Assembly (NCBI GenBank): GCA_050015635.1
Contig: JBEKBA010000003.1
Span: 73 to 64,072, forward strand
Origin: Verrucomicrobiota bacterium
Lineage (GTDB): Bacteria; Verrucomicrobiota; Verrucomicrobiia; Limisphaerales; UBA11358
DNA length: 64,000 bases
Direction of reading: 5' to 3'
In this document: piece after piece, positions 1 to 10,958 of the stretch
Numbering within the stretch: position 1 is the stretch's first letter
Layout: every line of letters starts with the position of its first letter
Notes under the pieces: model-generated
Told to the model about the DNA's origin: nothing
The model's input: the letters and a program-made list of their open reading frames with translations, nothing else
Database searches by the model: none
Program-made: the position numbers and the translations under genes

Positions 1-53
1 AAATTCACTTTCTCAGTCGCGGAATGCTACAACCTGAGCTCATTTAACTATAA

Positions 54-1124
54 TTATGCAGGTACAATTACGTCAGCATTTCCAGCCCTGATTCGTTTCT
101 GGCACGCATTGACGTTGAAAGTCGATGAGACCTTATTAAGAGAATTGAACCGTCGCAAAAATGCTTTGTGACTTTTCGCTTCGTTGTCTGGCAGTTCAAC
201 CTGCAATTGCAGGCCAACCCTTGCAGCGCAGACTACTGCAGCCTTCCAGAGCGTAGCGTATTGACAAAATTCGTCTGCTTTACTAAGCACGCCATCGAGT
301 CCGGCGCGATTGCTTGTAAATCCAATTCCGTCGATGAGGGCGAGAAGTAGGGGCCGATGATTGTCATCGAATTTTGTGTCGAGCATTCTCCTCGCCTCCT
401 CAACCTCCAGATAGTCCTTCGATTCACCAAATTGCCCAATGTTGGAAGTATGGACGGTAGCCTTAAAACAGACGTGCGGGGCGCGTACATTAGGTACTAC
501 GATATCAAAAGAAACTCCATTAATCTGTTCGTCCGGACAGAGTGGATTATCTGCCTTCTCACCTGGTTCAAATGGAATACCACATTCGGACAACATTGTT
601 GCCACTCGGTATTCACCTTCATGGCCACTTCTCTTTGCACGTTCCTGCCGGATAAAACCGGGCCATGTCGCTTGGTTTAGGGCTTCGGCGACCTTATTGA
701 GTTCTGTTTTTGTGAGTCCACCGAAAACGCGCCTAAGCCTGACAGCGAGGTACGGCCCTGCAAGCAACCACCCAGATTTGCTACATGCAAGCGCTTGATA
801 GTTGGAGGGGAAATCTACTTGGGGCTTCTTCGATGCACCAACAGCCTTCAGGTCGGTAATTATTTTGCTTCGTGTCAGTCCTGATAACTGAAGCGCGAGA
901 GCAAGGCTGGTTGGTGAGCCACCCACAATCTCAAACAATTGAACGCCTAATTCCTGATCGTCCGAACAGGAGTGTATGGCGTCGATTACTGCTTCCAGAA
1001 AATGGAGTTCTTCGGTTCTCAAAGAGCGGCGTGCATCAAACTTCATTTGAAAAGGATCTTCAGAATGATTCCATACGTTCCGGAAAAACTCGTCACGTCG
1101 AAGCTCAATTTCAGCGTTTGCCAT
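54..1124 (-). CDS. Putative restriction-endonuclease-like protein coupled to a controller (C)-type HTH gene
   Basis: 356-aa ORF at the window edge. Its ATG overlaps the stop of the upstream 75-aa XRE/C-like ORF by 14 nt (1111-1124). The C-terminal half carries a PD-(D/E)XK-like pattern (GHEGEY...FDIVVP...VCFKAT). By eye it is more AT-rich than the backbone. Exact family not recognised. Confidence 0.45.
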   Translation of the reverse strand: MANAEIELRRDEFFRNVWNHSEDPFQMKFDARRSLRTEELHFLEAVIDAIHSCSDDQELGVQLFEIVGGSPTSLALALQLSGLTRSKIITDLKAVGASKKPQVDFPSNYQALACSKSGWLLAGPYLAVRLRRVFGGLTKTELNKVAEALNQATWPGFIRQERAKRSGHEGEYRVATMLSECGIPFEPGEKADNPLCPDEQINGVSFDIVVPNVRAPHVCFKATVHTSNIGQFGESKDYLEVEEARRMLDTKFDDNHRPLLLALIDGIGFTSNRAGLDGVLSKADEFCQYATLWKAAVVCAARVGLQLQVELPDNEAKSHKAFLRRFNSLNKVSSTFNVNACQKRIRAGNADVIVPA

Positions 1125-1338
1125 ATGAATTTTTGAAGAGCTCTGAAGTGCTTACCCCAAGTCCACTGGCAATCTTTACGATATTCTGAAGGGAAATGTT
1201 GCGTTCACCGCGCTCTACGCTACCGATGTAACTTCGATCTAAATCCGCGGCCTCTGCCAATGCCTCTTGACTTAATCCTTTGGCCCGGCGCAGAGTCCGC
1301 ACGCGCTCTCCGAATTTCCTTTGTATCATATCGGTCAC
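1111..1338 (-). CDS. XRE-family helix-turn-helix protein, R-M controller (C)-protein-like
   Basis: 75 aa with a classic XRE HTH ([42 protein letters not shown]). Its size and its position overlapping the start of a nuclease-like gene match C proteins. Confidence 0.7.
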   Translation of the reverse strand: MTDMIQRKFGERVRTLRRAKGLSQEALAEAADLDRSYIGSVERGERNISLQNIVKIASGLGVSTSELFKNSYGKR

Positions 1339-1687
1339 GAAGTTTCTGTATTGGTTTTCGCAGCGGAGTATGAAGAAATGGGTAAAAGAATTCCACGGAC
1401 GTTACGTACCATTTCAGCAATTCAGGGATAAAAAAAGGCAGGAGCAGCAGATTCGCGGCAAAGTCATTCGCAAACTTGTGACATCTCGTCGCGCGCGATT
1501 TGTCCTGGTGGTGTCGGATTTGAAACCAGTTCTGCGGGCGGGGTCAGGGCGCAGTGCCGGTGGCAAATATGACACGATCAGTCTTGCGTGGGGTGAGAGT
1601 TCGCGTGATTGGCAACTGGCAGGCAATTTGATCGACTATGCGCAGAATGTAATCTCTGGCGATTGGAATTTTCTTTTGAACGGTGTT

Positions 1688-3214
1688 TTATTGTGTTTTT
1701 GTGGCCTGTGTCGTAACCGGCGGACTGTGGATGTAACGATCCGCCCATTTCAAAAACGTCGGCCAGTTTGGGCCGTCAGTGTGTCCGCCATCGTGCTGGC
1801 GCCACGCGAGATCGCCATCAATCAATGCAGTATTTAATGGCGGCATCGGGTCGGTGAGATAGTTGCCGGCAGTGCCCAAATCTTTTTTGCCAAGAAGCTT
1901 GAACACGGCGCCGGCAGCGACCGCAGCCATGAAACTGCCGTGCTGATCCACCCACGTGCCTTCCGCGCCGGGGGTGCCTGACGAAGCGCCGTAACTGATG
2001 AACGTTGGACGTGGAGCGCAAAGCGCAATCAATTCATGCGCGTCCACCGGCAAATCACCGGGTGTCAACGGGCCGCCGTATTTGAGAAAATTGCCCGCCA
2101 TCCAATGATATTCGCCGGAGCCGGTCAGATTTTCAACCACTTCGCCCCAATTGCGCCGCGAAAGTTTTGCGCCGCCTTCACCGGACGAACCGACCAGCGC
2201 AATGGCGAAACGCTGGTCATACGCCATCGTGACCAGGGTCGCTTTGCCATAGCGCGAGAGCCCTTCGATGCCGACTTGTTTCGCGTCCACAGCCGGGTCA
2301 GTTTCAAAATAATCCAAAGCCCGACTCGCACCCCAGGCCCACGCGCGCAACGCGCCCCAATCATCCGGCTTGCGCGGCTGGCCTTTATTGCAAAGACCAA
2401 TGATCCCCCGGGTCAATCCCGCGCCATTGTCGGCCTGATAACTTGTAGGCACGATGACGGCATAACCCCAACCCCTGGCCAGAACCAGTTGCCGCCAATT
2501 AGTTCCGCCGCCCAATCCGCCACCGAAACTTCCCCGTGCAAATCTGTTCGTCCCGTCAAAACCGCCAATACCGTTTGTTCCGCTGAAGCGGCCACGCCCG
2601 CCAAATCCGGGAAAATTTCCAAAACTAAAATCCATCATCACCGGCACCGGACCCGTCGCATTGGCGGGCGTGGTCAATGTCAATTGAATGTCAACCTTGA
2701 TGAGCGGGTATGAAGTATTATCCACGTGTCCGACGAGTTGTTTGGTGATCACCGGCACAGTGCCGTTGTTTGTCTTCGTCACGCTCGTAACTTCCCAATT
2801 CACTTTGGGCACGTTTGCCGGAACCCGACCATATACTTCGCGATCAAAATCTTCGACGATCTCGGAGCGGCGCTGATTCCACCACATTTTCGGCGTCGTG
2901 ACTCTTTCTCCATTCTTCAATGTCAGCGGGTCAGGCAAATTTGGAAATGGATTGGCTTTGGACTCGTCGGTGTTCTGATAATTAGGCGCCTGACGATTAA
3001 GGCCATTTGCGCCCGGCCGCAATGTTTTGATGCCCAGTTGCTCCATCATATTCTGATGATCCTGTTCCGCGCTCCAATTCATCGGTGCCGGCAGATTCGT
3101 TTCCGTGAAAGGTACTGTCGTTTGCTGCGCGCGGGAAAAATCGGGCGCCATTAAAATAACAAACGTAAATGCAAAAAAAGAAGCAGGTTGAATTCGCATG
3201 ATTTTGCCGGTCAA
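1688..3214 (-). CDS. Secreted alpha/beta hydrolase, carbohydrate esterase family 15 (glucuronoyl esterase)-like
   Basis: 508 aa with an N-terminal signal peptide. The nucleophile elbow G-L-S-R-Y-G-K resembles the CE15 G-C-S-R-x-G-K motif. Long Gly-rich insert. Confidence 0.65.
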   Translation of the reverse strand: MTGKIMRIQPASFFAFTFVILMAPDFSRAQQTTVPFTETNLPAPMNWSAEQDHQNMMEQLGIKTLRPGANGLNRQAPNYQNTDESKANPFPNLPDPLTLKNGERVTTPKMWWNQRRSEIVEDFDREVYGRVPANVPKVNWEVTSVTKTNNGTVPVITKQLVGHVDNTSYPLIKVDIQLTLTTPANATGPVPVMMDFSFGNFPGFGGRGRFSGTNGIGGFDGTNRFARGSFGGGLGGGTNWRQLVLARGWGYAVIVPTSYQADNGAGLTRGIIGLCNKGQPRKPDDWGALRAWAWGASRALDYFETDPAVDAKQVGIEGLSRYGKATLVTMAYDQRFAIALVGSSGEGGAKLSRRNWGEVVENLTGSGEYHWMAGNFLKYGGPLTPGDLPVDAHELIALCAPRPTFISYGASSGTPGAEGTWVDQHGSFMAAVAAGAVFKLLGKKDLGTAGNYLTDPMPPLNTALIDGDLAWRQHDGGHTDGPNWPTFLKWADRYIHSPPVTTQATKTQ

Positions 3215-3403
3215 TTGTCGTTCAAGGGTAAATTAGTCTTTCTTCACATCAATTAAAAACTGCCGGGTAAAATTCACCTTAAATTGATAATGGCAGGGAT
3301 AGTCTGGTGCGCGGCGAATAGGGTAGAGAGAGGTTTCAGGATTCTATTACGCCGCAATCATTGGCATTAACAATGAGTGTCTGTCAGTTGCCTCACTCTG
3401 GAG

Positions 3404-3491
3404 TGGCGGAAGGAACAGGAATCGAACCTGTGACCGTTTTTATCGGCAACTGTTTTCAAAACAGTATCCTCGTCCATGCCGGACCCCTTCC
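3404..3491 (-). tRNA. tRNA-Ser (anticodon UGA), type II with long variable arm, CCA encoded
   Basis: Minus strand reads GGAAGGGGTCCGGCATGGACGAGGATACTGTTTTGAAAACAGTTGCCGATAAAAACGGTCACAGGTTCGATTCCTGTTCCTTCCGCCA. Acceptor is GGAAGGG/TCCTTCC. Anticodon stem is ACTGT/ACAGT with loop TTTGAAA. T arm is ACAGG-TTCGATT-CCTGT. 3' end is G-CCA. Confidence 0.85.
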
Positions 3492-3587
3492 ACAAAAGCG
3501 TAATAACTGATGAAGCCTAGCCTTGATTTACTCCAAAAACAATGGGGTGTTGTACCCGGGTGTTGTACCCCATCCACCTTTTGGCTT

Positions 3588-3625
3588 GGGTTTGTGAAAG
3601 ATACAATCCCGAAGAATTTCGGGAC
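3588..3625 (+). repeat. REP-like element, copy 1 (TTTGTGAAA...CAATCCCGAAGAATTTCGGG)
   Basis: Shares TTTGTGAAA and CAATCCCGAAGAATTTCGGG with 3979-4017. Contains hairpin CCCGAA-GAAT-TTCGGG. Confidence 0.6.
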
Positions 3626-3698
3626 TATGTATCACCGCCGGAATATGAAGAAATCATGCGGGTGGTGCGTGAATCCGGCGATGCCAGGACCGGGTGGG

Positions 3699-3890
3699 TC
3701 AGGGAAGATCTGATTGCGGCACGTCGGGCTTAAATTGGACTGATCCTTTTAGCATCATCACCAATCCAAAGAGAGCAATAATAATGAGAATTATTACCGC
3801 GGCAACAACGAGCGATTTAACATTGCGCCTGCGCTCCCACCGTTGTTTTCGCGGATATAAAACCTTCCCTATTAAATCTGTAATTGGCAT
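3699..3890 (-). CDS. Small single-pass membrane protein (hypothetical)
   Basis: 63-aa reading from the internal ATG of the 155-aa ORF. Basic stretch followed by a hydrophobic helix (SLVVAAVIILIIIALFGLVMML). Bracketed by the two REP copies. Confidence 0.3.
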   Translation of the reverse strand: MPITDLIGKVLYPRKQRWERRRNVKSLVVAAVIILIIIALFGLVMMLKGSVQFKPDVPQSDLP

Positions 3891-3978
3891 GGATATACCT
3901 GTCTGATTTAGGCTGTAATTACCTCCAACGAATTGATTTAGATGATAATCTCCTCCAATGTCCAGCAAAATTTCGTTT

Positions 3979-4017
3979 CGGATTTGTGAAATTTTCAATC
4001 CCGAAGAATTTCGGGCG
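3979..4017 (+). repeat. REP-like element, copy 2
   Basis: Same core CAATCCCGAAGAATTTCGGG and same orientation as 3588-3625. Confidence 0.6.
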
Positions 4018-4038
4018 AAGCGTATATTGCACGGGCCA

Positions 4039-4416
4039 TCACCGAAGCGTGATGGTATCGCCCGGTTCCAGCGGCACATCGTGGCCGCCCAACAAATCCG
4101 TTGGGTCAATGCTGGCGCTTTCGCCCCGGCGCAGCAGGATGATTTCCTTGGGACTGCCGGGGGCACTGTAATTCGCCGCGACGATGGCCTGTGCCAGCGT
4201 CAAACCGTCCGTCCAGGGAATTTCGCGATTTTGCACCGGTCCAATGACGACGATGCTCGTGCTTTGCGCCCTGACCATGCTGGCCAGCGCGTCCCGCTGG
4301 CCGGCCAGATAGGCCGTTTGTGCGTCGGCTTTGGCCTTTGAATGCGTCGTGCAACCGCTCGCCGCCGTAGCCAGGATCAAAAGGCTGCAACAAATAATTT
4401 CATCAACCTCCTGCAA
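4039..4416 (-). CDS. Lipoprotein with SLBB (soluble-ligand-binding beta-grasp)-like domain
   Basis: 125 aa. Lipobox LATAASGC. The C-terminal region VVIGPVQN...GLTLAQAIVAANY...LEPGDTI is typical of SLBB/polysaccharide-export-type domains. Confidence 0.6.
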   Translation of the reverse strand: MQEVDEIICCSLLILATAASGCTTHSKAKADAQTAYLAGQRDALASMVRAQSTSIVVIGPVQNREIPWTDGLTLAQAIVAANYSAPGSPKEIILLRRGESASIDPTDLLGGHDVPLEPGDTITLR

Positions 4417-4419
4417 AAA

Positions 4420-5202
4420 CTAAATTCCTTCGCGCGGCGATTCCACGGAATTTTTCCAGGCCGCGACCGCCGATTTGATTTCCGCCGCGCACTTCGCCCG
4501 TGGTGTTACAAAACGGGGTGTGAACCATGGAAATGTCCCGATTAAATCCGGCGTCACCAAAATCTGTCCGTCGCAATCCGGCCCGCTGCCAATGCCGAGG
4601 GTCGGAATGGAAATTTTTCCGGAGATTTCCCCGGCAACCGGCGGGGTCACGAGTTCGAGCACAATCGCAAACGCGCCCGCGTCCGTCAGCGCTTGGGCGT
4701 CTTCAAGCAATGCTTGATGCTCCTTTTCCTTTTTGCCTTTGATGTGATAACCGCCTTCTTCCAAAACATGCTGCGGCAACATTCCCAGATGCCCGCAAAA
4801 TGAAATTCCCGCCGACACCATCGAGCGGACCTGTTCGATGATTTCGCGTCCGCCCTCGGCTTTCACAAATTCCGCGCCCGCCGTGATGAGGCGCCTTGCA
4901 TTCGCAACCGCGCCCTCAACCGTTTCATAACTTTGGTAAGGCAGATCCGCGCCGAGCAACGCGCGTGGTTTGGCGCGGGCGGCGGCGCGCACGTGATGCT
5001 CCATTTCCGCCATCGTCACGTGCGTCGTGTCGGGATAACCCAGCGTGACCATGCCGAGCGAATCGCCGACGAGAATGAGCGGAACGCCCGCCTCGTCGAG
5101 CAGTTTTGCCATCGGAAAATCATAAGCCGTGAGCGCGGTGATTTTTTCGCCGCGATTTTTCATCGCGCGAATCGTTTCGACGGTGATTTTCCCCGGATTC
5201 AT
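4420..5202 (-). CDS. panB: 3-methyl-2-oxobutanoate hydroxymethyltransferase
   Basis: 260 aa from MNPGKITVETIR. PanB hallmarks are LTAYDF and VGDSLGMV. The ATG overlaps the upstream stop by 1 nt (TGATG). The track ORF's N-terminal extension overlaps the upstream gene and was trimmed. Confidence 0.9.
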   Translation of the reverse strand: MNPGKITVETIRAMKNRGEKITALTAYDFPMAKLLDEAGVPLILVGDSLGMVTLGYPDTTHVTMAEMEHHVRAAARAKPRALLGADLPYQSYETVEGAVANARRLITAGAEFVKAEGGREIIEQVRSMVSAGISFCGHLGMLPQHVLEEGGYHIKGKKEKEHQALLEDAQALTDAGAFAIVLELVTPPVAGEISGKISIPTLGIGSGPDCDGQILVTPDLIGTFPWFTPRFVTPRAKCAAEIKSAVAAWKNSVESPREGI

Positions 5203-6215
5203 CAGCGGCTGAAACTTTTCAGCAATTCCTCCGGCGATGTCGTCGCAGTGCCGATTTTGCCAACGACAATTCCGGCCGCGTGGTTTGATAAAATTGCCGC
5301 TTCCAGCGGCGAGGCTCCGGCGGCAATCGCCAGTGTGAAGGTGGCGATGACCGAGTCGCCCGCGCCCGAAACGTCGAAAACTTCCTGCGCGACCGTCGGA
5401 ATGTGGAACGGTTTTTGTCCGCGCTGACAAAGCAACATTCCAAGTTCGCCGAGCGTGACGAGCAAAACCGCCGGTTGAAGTTTGTTCAGCAGCCGTTCCG
5501 CGACGAGCAGGAGATTTTTATCCGCGAGTGGATTGGGATTTTTTGTTTCGTCCGGCAGAGTGGCGAGTTCAAACGCTTCCTTGCGGTTCGGCGTGATGAG
5601 CGACAGCCCGCTTAAATTCAAATGATGAACTGGTTTGGGATCAAAACTCAACCAGACGCCGCGCGCGTGGCAAAGTGATTTGATTTCGTCCAGCAACGGC
5701 TGCGTGACGACGCCTTTGCCGTAATCGCCGACGATGACGGCGGCGGCGCCCTTTAATCCGGATTTCAGCGAGCCCGACAATTGTCCTGTCAATCGCGCGT
5801 CCAGGCCATCGCGTGTCTCGCGGTCAATGCGCACGATTTGTTGTTTGTGCGCGACAATCCGCGTTTTAACGCTTGTGTGCCGCGCGGCGTGTTTCATCAG
5901 TCCGCCGCAACCGATTTTTTGCGCGGCCAGAAGTTTTTGCAGGCGTCGTCCGGCTTCGTCTGTGCCAATCGCGCCGAAAAGTTCCGTCGGCACATTGAGT
6001 GCGGTCAGATTGCGCGCCACATTGGCTGCGCCGCCGGGGATGAAACTTTCACGCTCGAACTCGACCACCGGCACGGGCGCTTCCGGCGAGATGCGCGACA
6101 CGCCGCCCCAGATAAACTGGTCGAGCATCACGTCGCCCAGGACAAGTATTCGGGTCTTCGTCGCGGCAGTCAAAATGTGCCGCGCGCGGGAAGCGGATAA
6201 TGTTTTCGCGTTCAT
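5202..6215 (-). CDS. rfaE: PfkB-family sugar kinase, D-glycero-beta-D-manno-heptose-7-phosphate kinase (RfaE domain I)-like
   Basis: 337 aa with N-terminal ILVLGDVMLD and C-terminal DVSGAGDSV (GAGD anion hole) of PfkB kinases. Overall resembles HldA/RfaE domain I. Confidence 0.75.
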   Translation of the reverse strand: MNAKTLSASRARHILTAATKTRILVLGDVMLDQFIWGGVSRISPEAPVPVVEFERESFIPGGAANVARNLTALNVPTELFGAIGTDEAGRRLQKLLAAQKIGCGGLMKHAARHTSVKTRIVAHKQQIVRIDRETRDGLDARLTGQLSGSLKSGLKGAAAVIVGDYGKGVVTQPLLDEIKSLCHARGVWLSFDPKPVHHLNLSGLSLITPNRKEAFELATLPDETKNPNPLADKNLLLVAERLLNKLQPAVLLVTLGELGMLLCQRGQKPFHIPTVAQEVFDVSGAGDSVIATFTLAIAAGASPLEAAILSNHAAGIVVGKIGTATTSPEELLKSFSR

Positions 6216-6218
6216 ATT

Positions 6219-7007
6219 TTAATTCAAAAACGCCGTCAACGGGCTGGTCGGACTGGCGGTTTCCTGGGTTGCGCCAGGTCCGGCTTCAAACGCGGCGCGT
6301 CCGGCTTCAACGGCCATTTTGAAGGCAACGGCCATTTTGTTCGGGTCGTTCGCCACGGCAATGGCGGTGTTCACCAGTGCGGCGTCCGCGCCCATTTCCA
6401 TCGCTTCGGCGGCGTGACTCGGCGCGCCCAGCCCCGCATCCACGACAACGGGCACGGTGGCTTGTTCGATGATGATGCGGATTTGGTCGCGTGTCTGGAT
6501 GCCTCGATTCGAACCAATCGGCGAACCGAGCGGCATCACGGTCGCAACCCCGACATCCTGCAAACGCCTGGCCAAAACCGGGTCGGCATTGATGTAAGGC
6601 AACACGGTGAAACCTTCCTTCACCAGAATTTCGGCGGCCTTGAACGTCTCGACCGGGTCGGGCAGCAAATATCGCGGGTCGGGATGAATTTCGAGTTTGA
6701 CCCATTTGGGCAGACCGGCGGCAACGGCAAGGCGCGCGAGTCGTATGGCTTCCTCGGCATTCATCGCGCCGCTGGTGTTGGGCAACAGGAGAAATTTTTC
6801 CGGGTCAATGAATTCCAGTATGTTCGCGAACGGATCGCGCTTGCCGCTCAAGTCGGCGCGGCGCAGGGCGACGGTGACCATTTCCGCGCCGCTGGCGCCC
6901 AGCGCGTCGCGCATTGCTTCGGGCGAGGAGAATTTTCCCGTGCCCAAAATCAAACGCGAACGAAAAATTCGTCCGGCAATGACCAATGGCTGATTTGCAG
7001 GCGACAT
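6219..7007 (-). CDS. thiG: Thiazole synthase
   Basis: 262 aa from [12 protein letters not shown]. ThiG-like throughout ([23 protein letters not shown]). The alternative upstream start at 7082 would overlap the preceding gene. Confidence 0.9.
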   Translation of the reverse strand: MSPANQPLVIAGRIFRSRLILGTGKFSSPEAMRDALGASGAEMVTVALRRADLSGKRDPFANILEFIDPEKFLLLPNTSGAMNAEEAIRLARLAVAAGLPKWVKLEIHPDPRYLLPDPVETFKAAEILVKEGFTVLPYINADPVLARRLQDVGVATVMPLGSPIGSNRGIQTRDQIRIIIEQATVPVVVDAGLGAPSHAAEAMEMGADAALVNTAIAVANDPNKMAVAFKMAVEAGRAAFEAGPGATQETASPTSPLTAFLN

Positions 7008-7062
7008 CGCAACCAATTTAGAAAATCGCGCCGGTTTGTCGAGGCGCGAAGCAACGCGCAGA

Positions 7063-9960
7063 TTACTGCGTAACCGCAACATTGTCGAACAGCACCGAAT
7101 TCAAAGCGGAATTATTGTGCGCGGTTACCGCGAGGCCCACGTAAATGGTTTTGCCCATGGGAACCGCGATGCTGTCCACGTGTTTCCAGTCTTTTCCATC
7201 CGCTGAAATTTCACCGGTGAATGTGTCGCCGGTGCGGGTCAGTCGCACCCAGTAAGGAATGCTGGGGGACGAGCCATCGGTGTTGCGGCTCGGGCTGTTC
7301 GCCTTCGGACGCCATTGAAAAGCCCAGCCGCCGCCGGCGGTGACAATCATGAGCGCGTGTTTCGAGCCGGGCGCGAGTGATTCACGGAACATGACGCCCG
7401 CCTTCGCCCACGGGTCGGTGAATTGCATGGAGATGATGTGCGCAACGATTTGGCCGTCCCCCGTCATCGGCGTGTACGCGTATTGAAACCCGTCAACGTT
7501 TTCCCAGATGTCAACGCCGGAGGCGATGAGGTTGAAACGTCCGTTCAAATAACTTGCATCACCTGGAAAACCGACGTTGCCGATGTCCGTGTGCGACCAG
7601 TTTGGCGGAAGCAAAGACGCGGCATGTGGCAGCGAACTGATCCACGCGGAGATGGCGGTGACGGCGTTGTGGTCGGTCAGATTGCGCGCGAGCGGCGGCA
7701 TTTGCAAATTGCCGGTGATGCTGATGCGGTGGAGCAAAACGGATTTGGAAATGTCGCCGGGCACGATGATTTTTGCGCCGGGAATGCCGATCGGATTTTC
7801 GACCGGGCCATTGATCAAATCCTGCTTGGCGGGCGGCGTGTCAAATCGCGCGTCGAAAAACGACTCGACTCCGCCGGGGCGATGGCATTGCGCGCAGTTC
7901 GCGTCGAGATAAGAGCGGACGCGCAGTTCCAGCGGCGCGCTCGTGTTGGTGACGGCAACGAGCCGGGCGAATTGCGCAATTTCTGTTTCGTCTAATTTTG
8001 AGTCGAAAAGTCCAATGTGATTCCACGCGCGAATTTGGTTGTCCACGACCCCGGAGGGATATTTGAAATCGCCGTTGAGTTGGCGCGTCTTGACGCCGAG
8101 CACGCCGCCGGATGCGGTGGTGTGGCAGGTCAGACAATCCTGGCGTCCGGGATAAAACCATTTTTGCACCCGCGTGCCGGTGGCGGTTTTAATCGCTATG
8201 TCCTCGGTCAATCCCGCCGTCACCAAATCCGCATCGTGGTTGTCCGCGCGCCATTTATAGCTCGCGCCATAGACGGTGCCGTTTGTGTCGCGCACGAGCA
8301 GGCGCGTTTCGAGCCGCCGCAGGATCTTCGGATTCGTATCGTCCACCGGCAATTCAAAGTTTTTCACGAAAACCGTTCCGGCGGGAAAGGCCCATTCGCC
8401 GTTGGCAAAAAAATTGATTTTTGAGTTTTCCGGCAGCGCCAGCCAGCGCATTTTCACCGCGCCGTCCGACCACAGCGGCGAATTGACGGTGTAGGGAATC
8501 AAAAAATTTGCCGGCTTTAATTTATCAGGATCGGCAAACGCGCCGGTTTGCGAAAGTAATTTTGGCATCGGATGCGTCGGGGGTGGTGGCCCGCCGCGCG
8601 CGAGTTTGTAAATGCGCCCGCCGATGCTGCTCATCTGGCAAAAATAAATTTCACCTTCCGCGTCCACGCCGAATGACGACAGCCCGGTGTAATCGGAGCC
8701 GGAGTTCGGCCCATTACCCTTGGGCATCACGCATAGCAGATTTTTTTGAATGGGCGTGGTCGTTTCATCCATCGCCCAGATCGTCCGATAGACATTGTCG
8801 CCGAAAATGTATTTGCCGCCCAGGTCGCGCGCGAATTCCCTGCCGCGATAAACGTAGCCGCCAATCACCGCGCGGCCGTCGCTGTGCGGGTAATCCAGAA
8901 CCGGTCCGCGGCTGATGCCGATGTAGGGCGATTTCATAACGCCCAGCGTGCCTTCGCAGTAGGGCCACTGAAAATTCAACCCGGATTCGCCCGGTTCGAT
9001 GATATCCACTTCTTCACGCGCGCTTTCCCCAACATCGCCGATATAAATCCTTCCCGTCGGTGGATCGTAAGTCATGCGATGCGGGCTGCGCAGGCCGAGA
9101 CAGAAAAATTCCTCCAGCACGTTTGGCTGGCCGACGAACGGGTTGTCGTTCGGGATGAAATAATGCGCCGTGACGCCGTTGACCGGCTGGCGCGGAATCG
9201 GATGGCTGATGTTTCCGCCGCGACAATCCACATCAATTCGGAAAACACCGGAATACAGACTTTTGTTGATGATCTGGTCGTTGTCACCGACGGAATTATC
9301 GCCGTCCGTCCAATAAAGAAAGCCGTTGATCGGATGAAAAAACATTCCGCCGCCGTGGTGCCAGATCGTTTGGTCGGTCAAATCCACAAACACAACTTCC
9401 GAACCGGGAATCGCCACGCCATTCGCATCAAGCGTGAATCGCGAGAGCCGGTCGTGATAATTGCCTATCGGCGGCGGGCGGGTTGTCGGGCTGCCGGCGA
9501 CGGTGCCCGGCTTGCACCAGGTGTAATAAACGAATACAAAATGGTTCGTCGCGAAGCCCGGATGAAATGCCACGCCGAGCAGCCCTGAATCATCCCAGCC
9601 CTGACATTGATTGCTGACATCAATCACGAGCTTTTTTTGCGTCGCGCCCGGTGAATTTTCAAACGTCCACACCCGGCCTTCGCGTTCCCACACGCAAAGT
9701 AGATTGGAATCAGGAACGTGAGTGAGTCCGACGGAGTTGGTGAACGCCAGATTCGTGAACGCGACCACCGCCGACCAATTGCCCGAAATGCCCGGCGCGG
9801 TTTCCGGCATCGCGCCGTTCAAAAACGCGCCGACATCCGGGCGTGTGGTGAGACCGTAAGGATTTGCATCGGCGGAGAAAATGAAGCTGCCCAGCAACGC
9901 GGGCATTAGCAGCCATTGGTGGTTTTTGAAAAACGTCTTGTTCACAACCGGGACGCGCAT
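7063..9960 (-). CDS. Secreted multidomain protein: PQQ-dependent sugar dehydrogenase-like beta-propeller + dihaem cytochrome c-like region + concanavalin/DUF1349-like C-terminal domain
   Basis: 965 aa with a signal peptide. The N-terminal part is glucose/sorbosone-dehydrogenase-like. Two CxxCH motifs (CLTCH, CAQCH). The C-terminal ~190 aa are LamG/DUF1349-like. Confidence 0.7.
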   Translation of the reverse strand: MRVPVVNKTFFKNHQWLLMPALLGSFIFSADANPYGLTTRPDVGAFLNGAMPETAPGISGNWSAVVAFTNLAFTNSVGLTHVPDSNLLCVWEREGRVWTFENSPGATQKKLVIDVSNQCQGWDDSGLLGVAFHPGFATNHFVFVYYTWCKPGTVAGSPTTRPPPIGNYHDRLSRFTLDANGVAIPGSEVVFVDLTDQTIWHHGGGMFFHPINGFLYWTDGDNSVGDNDQIINKSLYSGVFRIDVDCRGGNISHPIPRQPVNGVTAHYFIPNDNPFVGQPNVLEEFFCLGLRSPHRMTYDPPTGRIYIGDVGESAREEVDIIEPGESGLNFQWPYCEGTLGVMKSPYIGISRGPVLDYPHSDGRAVIGGYVYRGREFARDLGGKYIFGDNVYRTIWAMDETTTPIQKNLLCVMPKGNGPNSGSDYTGLSSFGVDAEGEIYFCQMSSIGGRIYKLARGGPPPPTHPMPKLLSQTGAFADPDKLKPANFLIPYTVNSPLWSDGAVKMRWLALPENSKINFFANGEWAFPAGTVFVKNFELPVDDTNPKILRRLETRLLVRDTNGTVYGASYKWRADNHDADLVTAGLTEDIAIKTATGTRVQKWFYPGRQDCLTCHTTASGGVLGVKTRQLNGDFKYPSGVVDNQIRAWNHIGLFDSKLDETEIAQFARLVAVTNTSAPLELRVRSYLDANCAQCHRPGGVESFFDARFDTPPAKQDLINGPVENPIGIPGAKIIVPGDISKSVLLHRISITGNLQMPPLARNLTDHNAVTAISAWISSLPHAASLLPPNWSHTDIGNVGFPGDASYLNGRFNLIASGVDIWENVDGFQYAYTPMTGDGQIVAHIISMQFTDPWAKAGVMFRESLAPGSKHALMIVTAGGGWAFQWRPKANSPSRNTDGSSPSIPYWVRLTRTGDTFTGEISADGKDWKHVDSIAVPMGKTIYVGLAVTAHNNSALNSVLFDNVAVTQ

Positions 9961-10172
9961 AAGATTCTCCGCCGCGTGCGCGCCGTCAAACTTTTACGCA
10001 GTTAATTCTTCGCTGGTGTCGCTTGGAGCATTGGCAGCATGGATGGAAATCATCTTAATCAAAGCTGAAAACGTCCCCGGATCCACCCCTTCGCTGTTCG
10101 TTATCACAACTATTCCTGCGGGCCGGTCACTTTGGCCTTTGAACTTTGGCTGCCTGAATTTAGCTTGAGCGC

Positions 10173-10958
10173 ATGTTTCGTCCGTGCATTGACCTGCATG
10201 AAGGCAAAGTGAAGCAAATTATCGGCGGCACGCTCGGCGATTCCAGCTTGCGCACGAACTTTGTCTCTGAAAAACCCGCGGCGTGGTTTGCGGAACTTTA
10301 CCGGCGCGACGGCTTGAAAGGCGGTCACGTCATCATGCTTGGCGCGGGAAATGAAAGTGAGGCGCGCGCCGCGCTTGCGGCGTTTCCCGGCGGCTTGCAC
10401 CTCGGCGGCGGCGTCAACGCGCAAAATGCGCGCGACTGGCTCGACGCCGGGGCGTCGCACGTCATCGTCACCAGTTGGGTTTTCCGCGAAGGCCGTGTGG
10501 ATTGGGCGCGGCTGGATGAACTGATAAAAGTCGTCGGCAAAGACCGGCTGGTGCTGGACTTGAGCTGCCGCAGGCGCGGAGAAAATTATTTCGTCGTCAC
10601 CGACCGCTGGAAGAATTTTACTGAACTCGTGGTCAACGCGGAAACGCTCCGGAAATTTTCCGGATCCTGCGCGGAATTTTTAATTCACGCCGTGGACGTA
10701 GAAGGCCTCTGTCTCGGCATTGACCGTGAACTGGTTGAAAAGCTTGGCCGGTGGACGCCGGTGCCGGCGACTTACGCCGGCGGCGCAAATTCAATTTCAG
10801 ATTTGGAGGAAGTCACGAAGTTGGGGCAGGGGAAGATTGATCTGACCATTGGCTCGGCGCTGGATATTTTCGGCGGCAACGGCGTGCGTTACCGGGACGC
10901 GGTAAAATTTAATCGGCACCAGCGGGAAAAATCCGGCGGCGATCAGCCTCAAGTTTGA
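10173..10958 (+). CDS. hisA: ProFAR isomerase, HIS6 (eukaryote-like) type
   Basis: 261 aa. Collinear similarity to yeast His6 (CIDLH.G.VKQI.GGTL; VTSW.F; FLIHA.DVEGLC.GID; YAGGA; DLT.GS.LDIFGG). Confidence 0.85.
   Translation: MFRPCIDLHEGKVKQIIGGTLGDSSLRTNFVSEKPAAWFAELYRRDGLKGGHVIMLGAGNESEARAALAAFPGGLHLGGGVNAQNARDWLDAGASHVIVTSWVFREGRVDWARLDELIKVVGKDRLVLDLSCRRRGENYFVVTDRWKNFTELVVNAETLRKFSGSCAEFLIHAVDVEGLCLGIDRELVEKLGRWTPVPATYAGGANSISDLEEVTKLGQGKIDLTIGSALDIFGGNGVRYRDAVKFNRHQREKSGGDQPQV

Noticed and set aside
3404-3491. Possibility that the long tRNA is tRNA-Sec
   Set aside because: The anticodon reads UGA (Ser), not UCA. Acceptor/T stems are 7/5 bp, not 8/5.
3542-3733. 63-aa ORF next to tRNA-Ser
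   Set aside because: Its first half is built from the tandem 14-mer and the REP element (NPEEFR is the hairpin). No start context or homology is recognisable.
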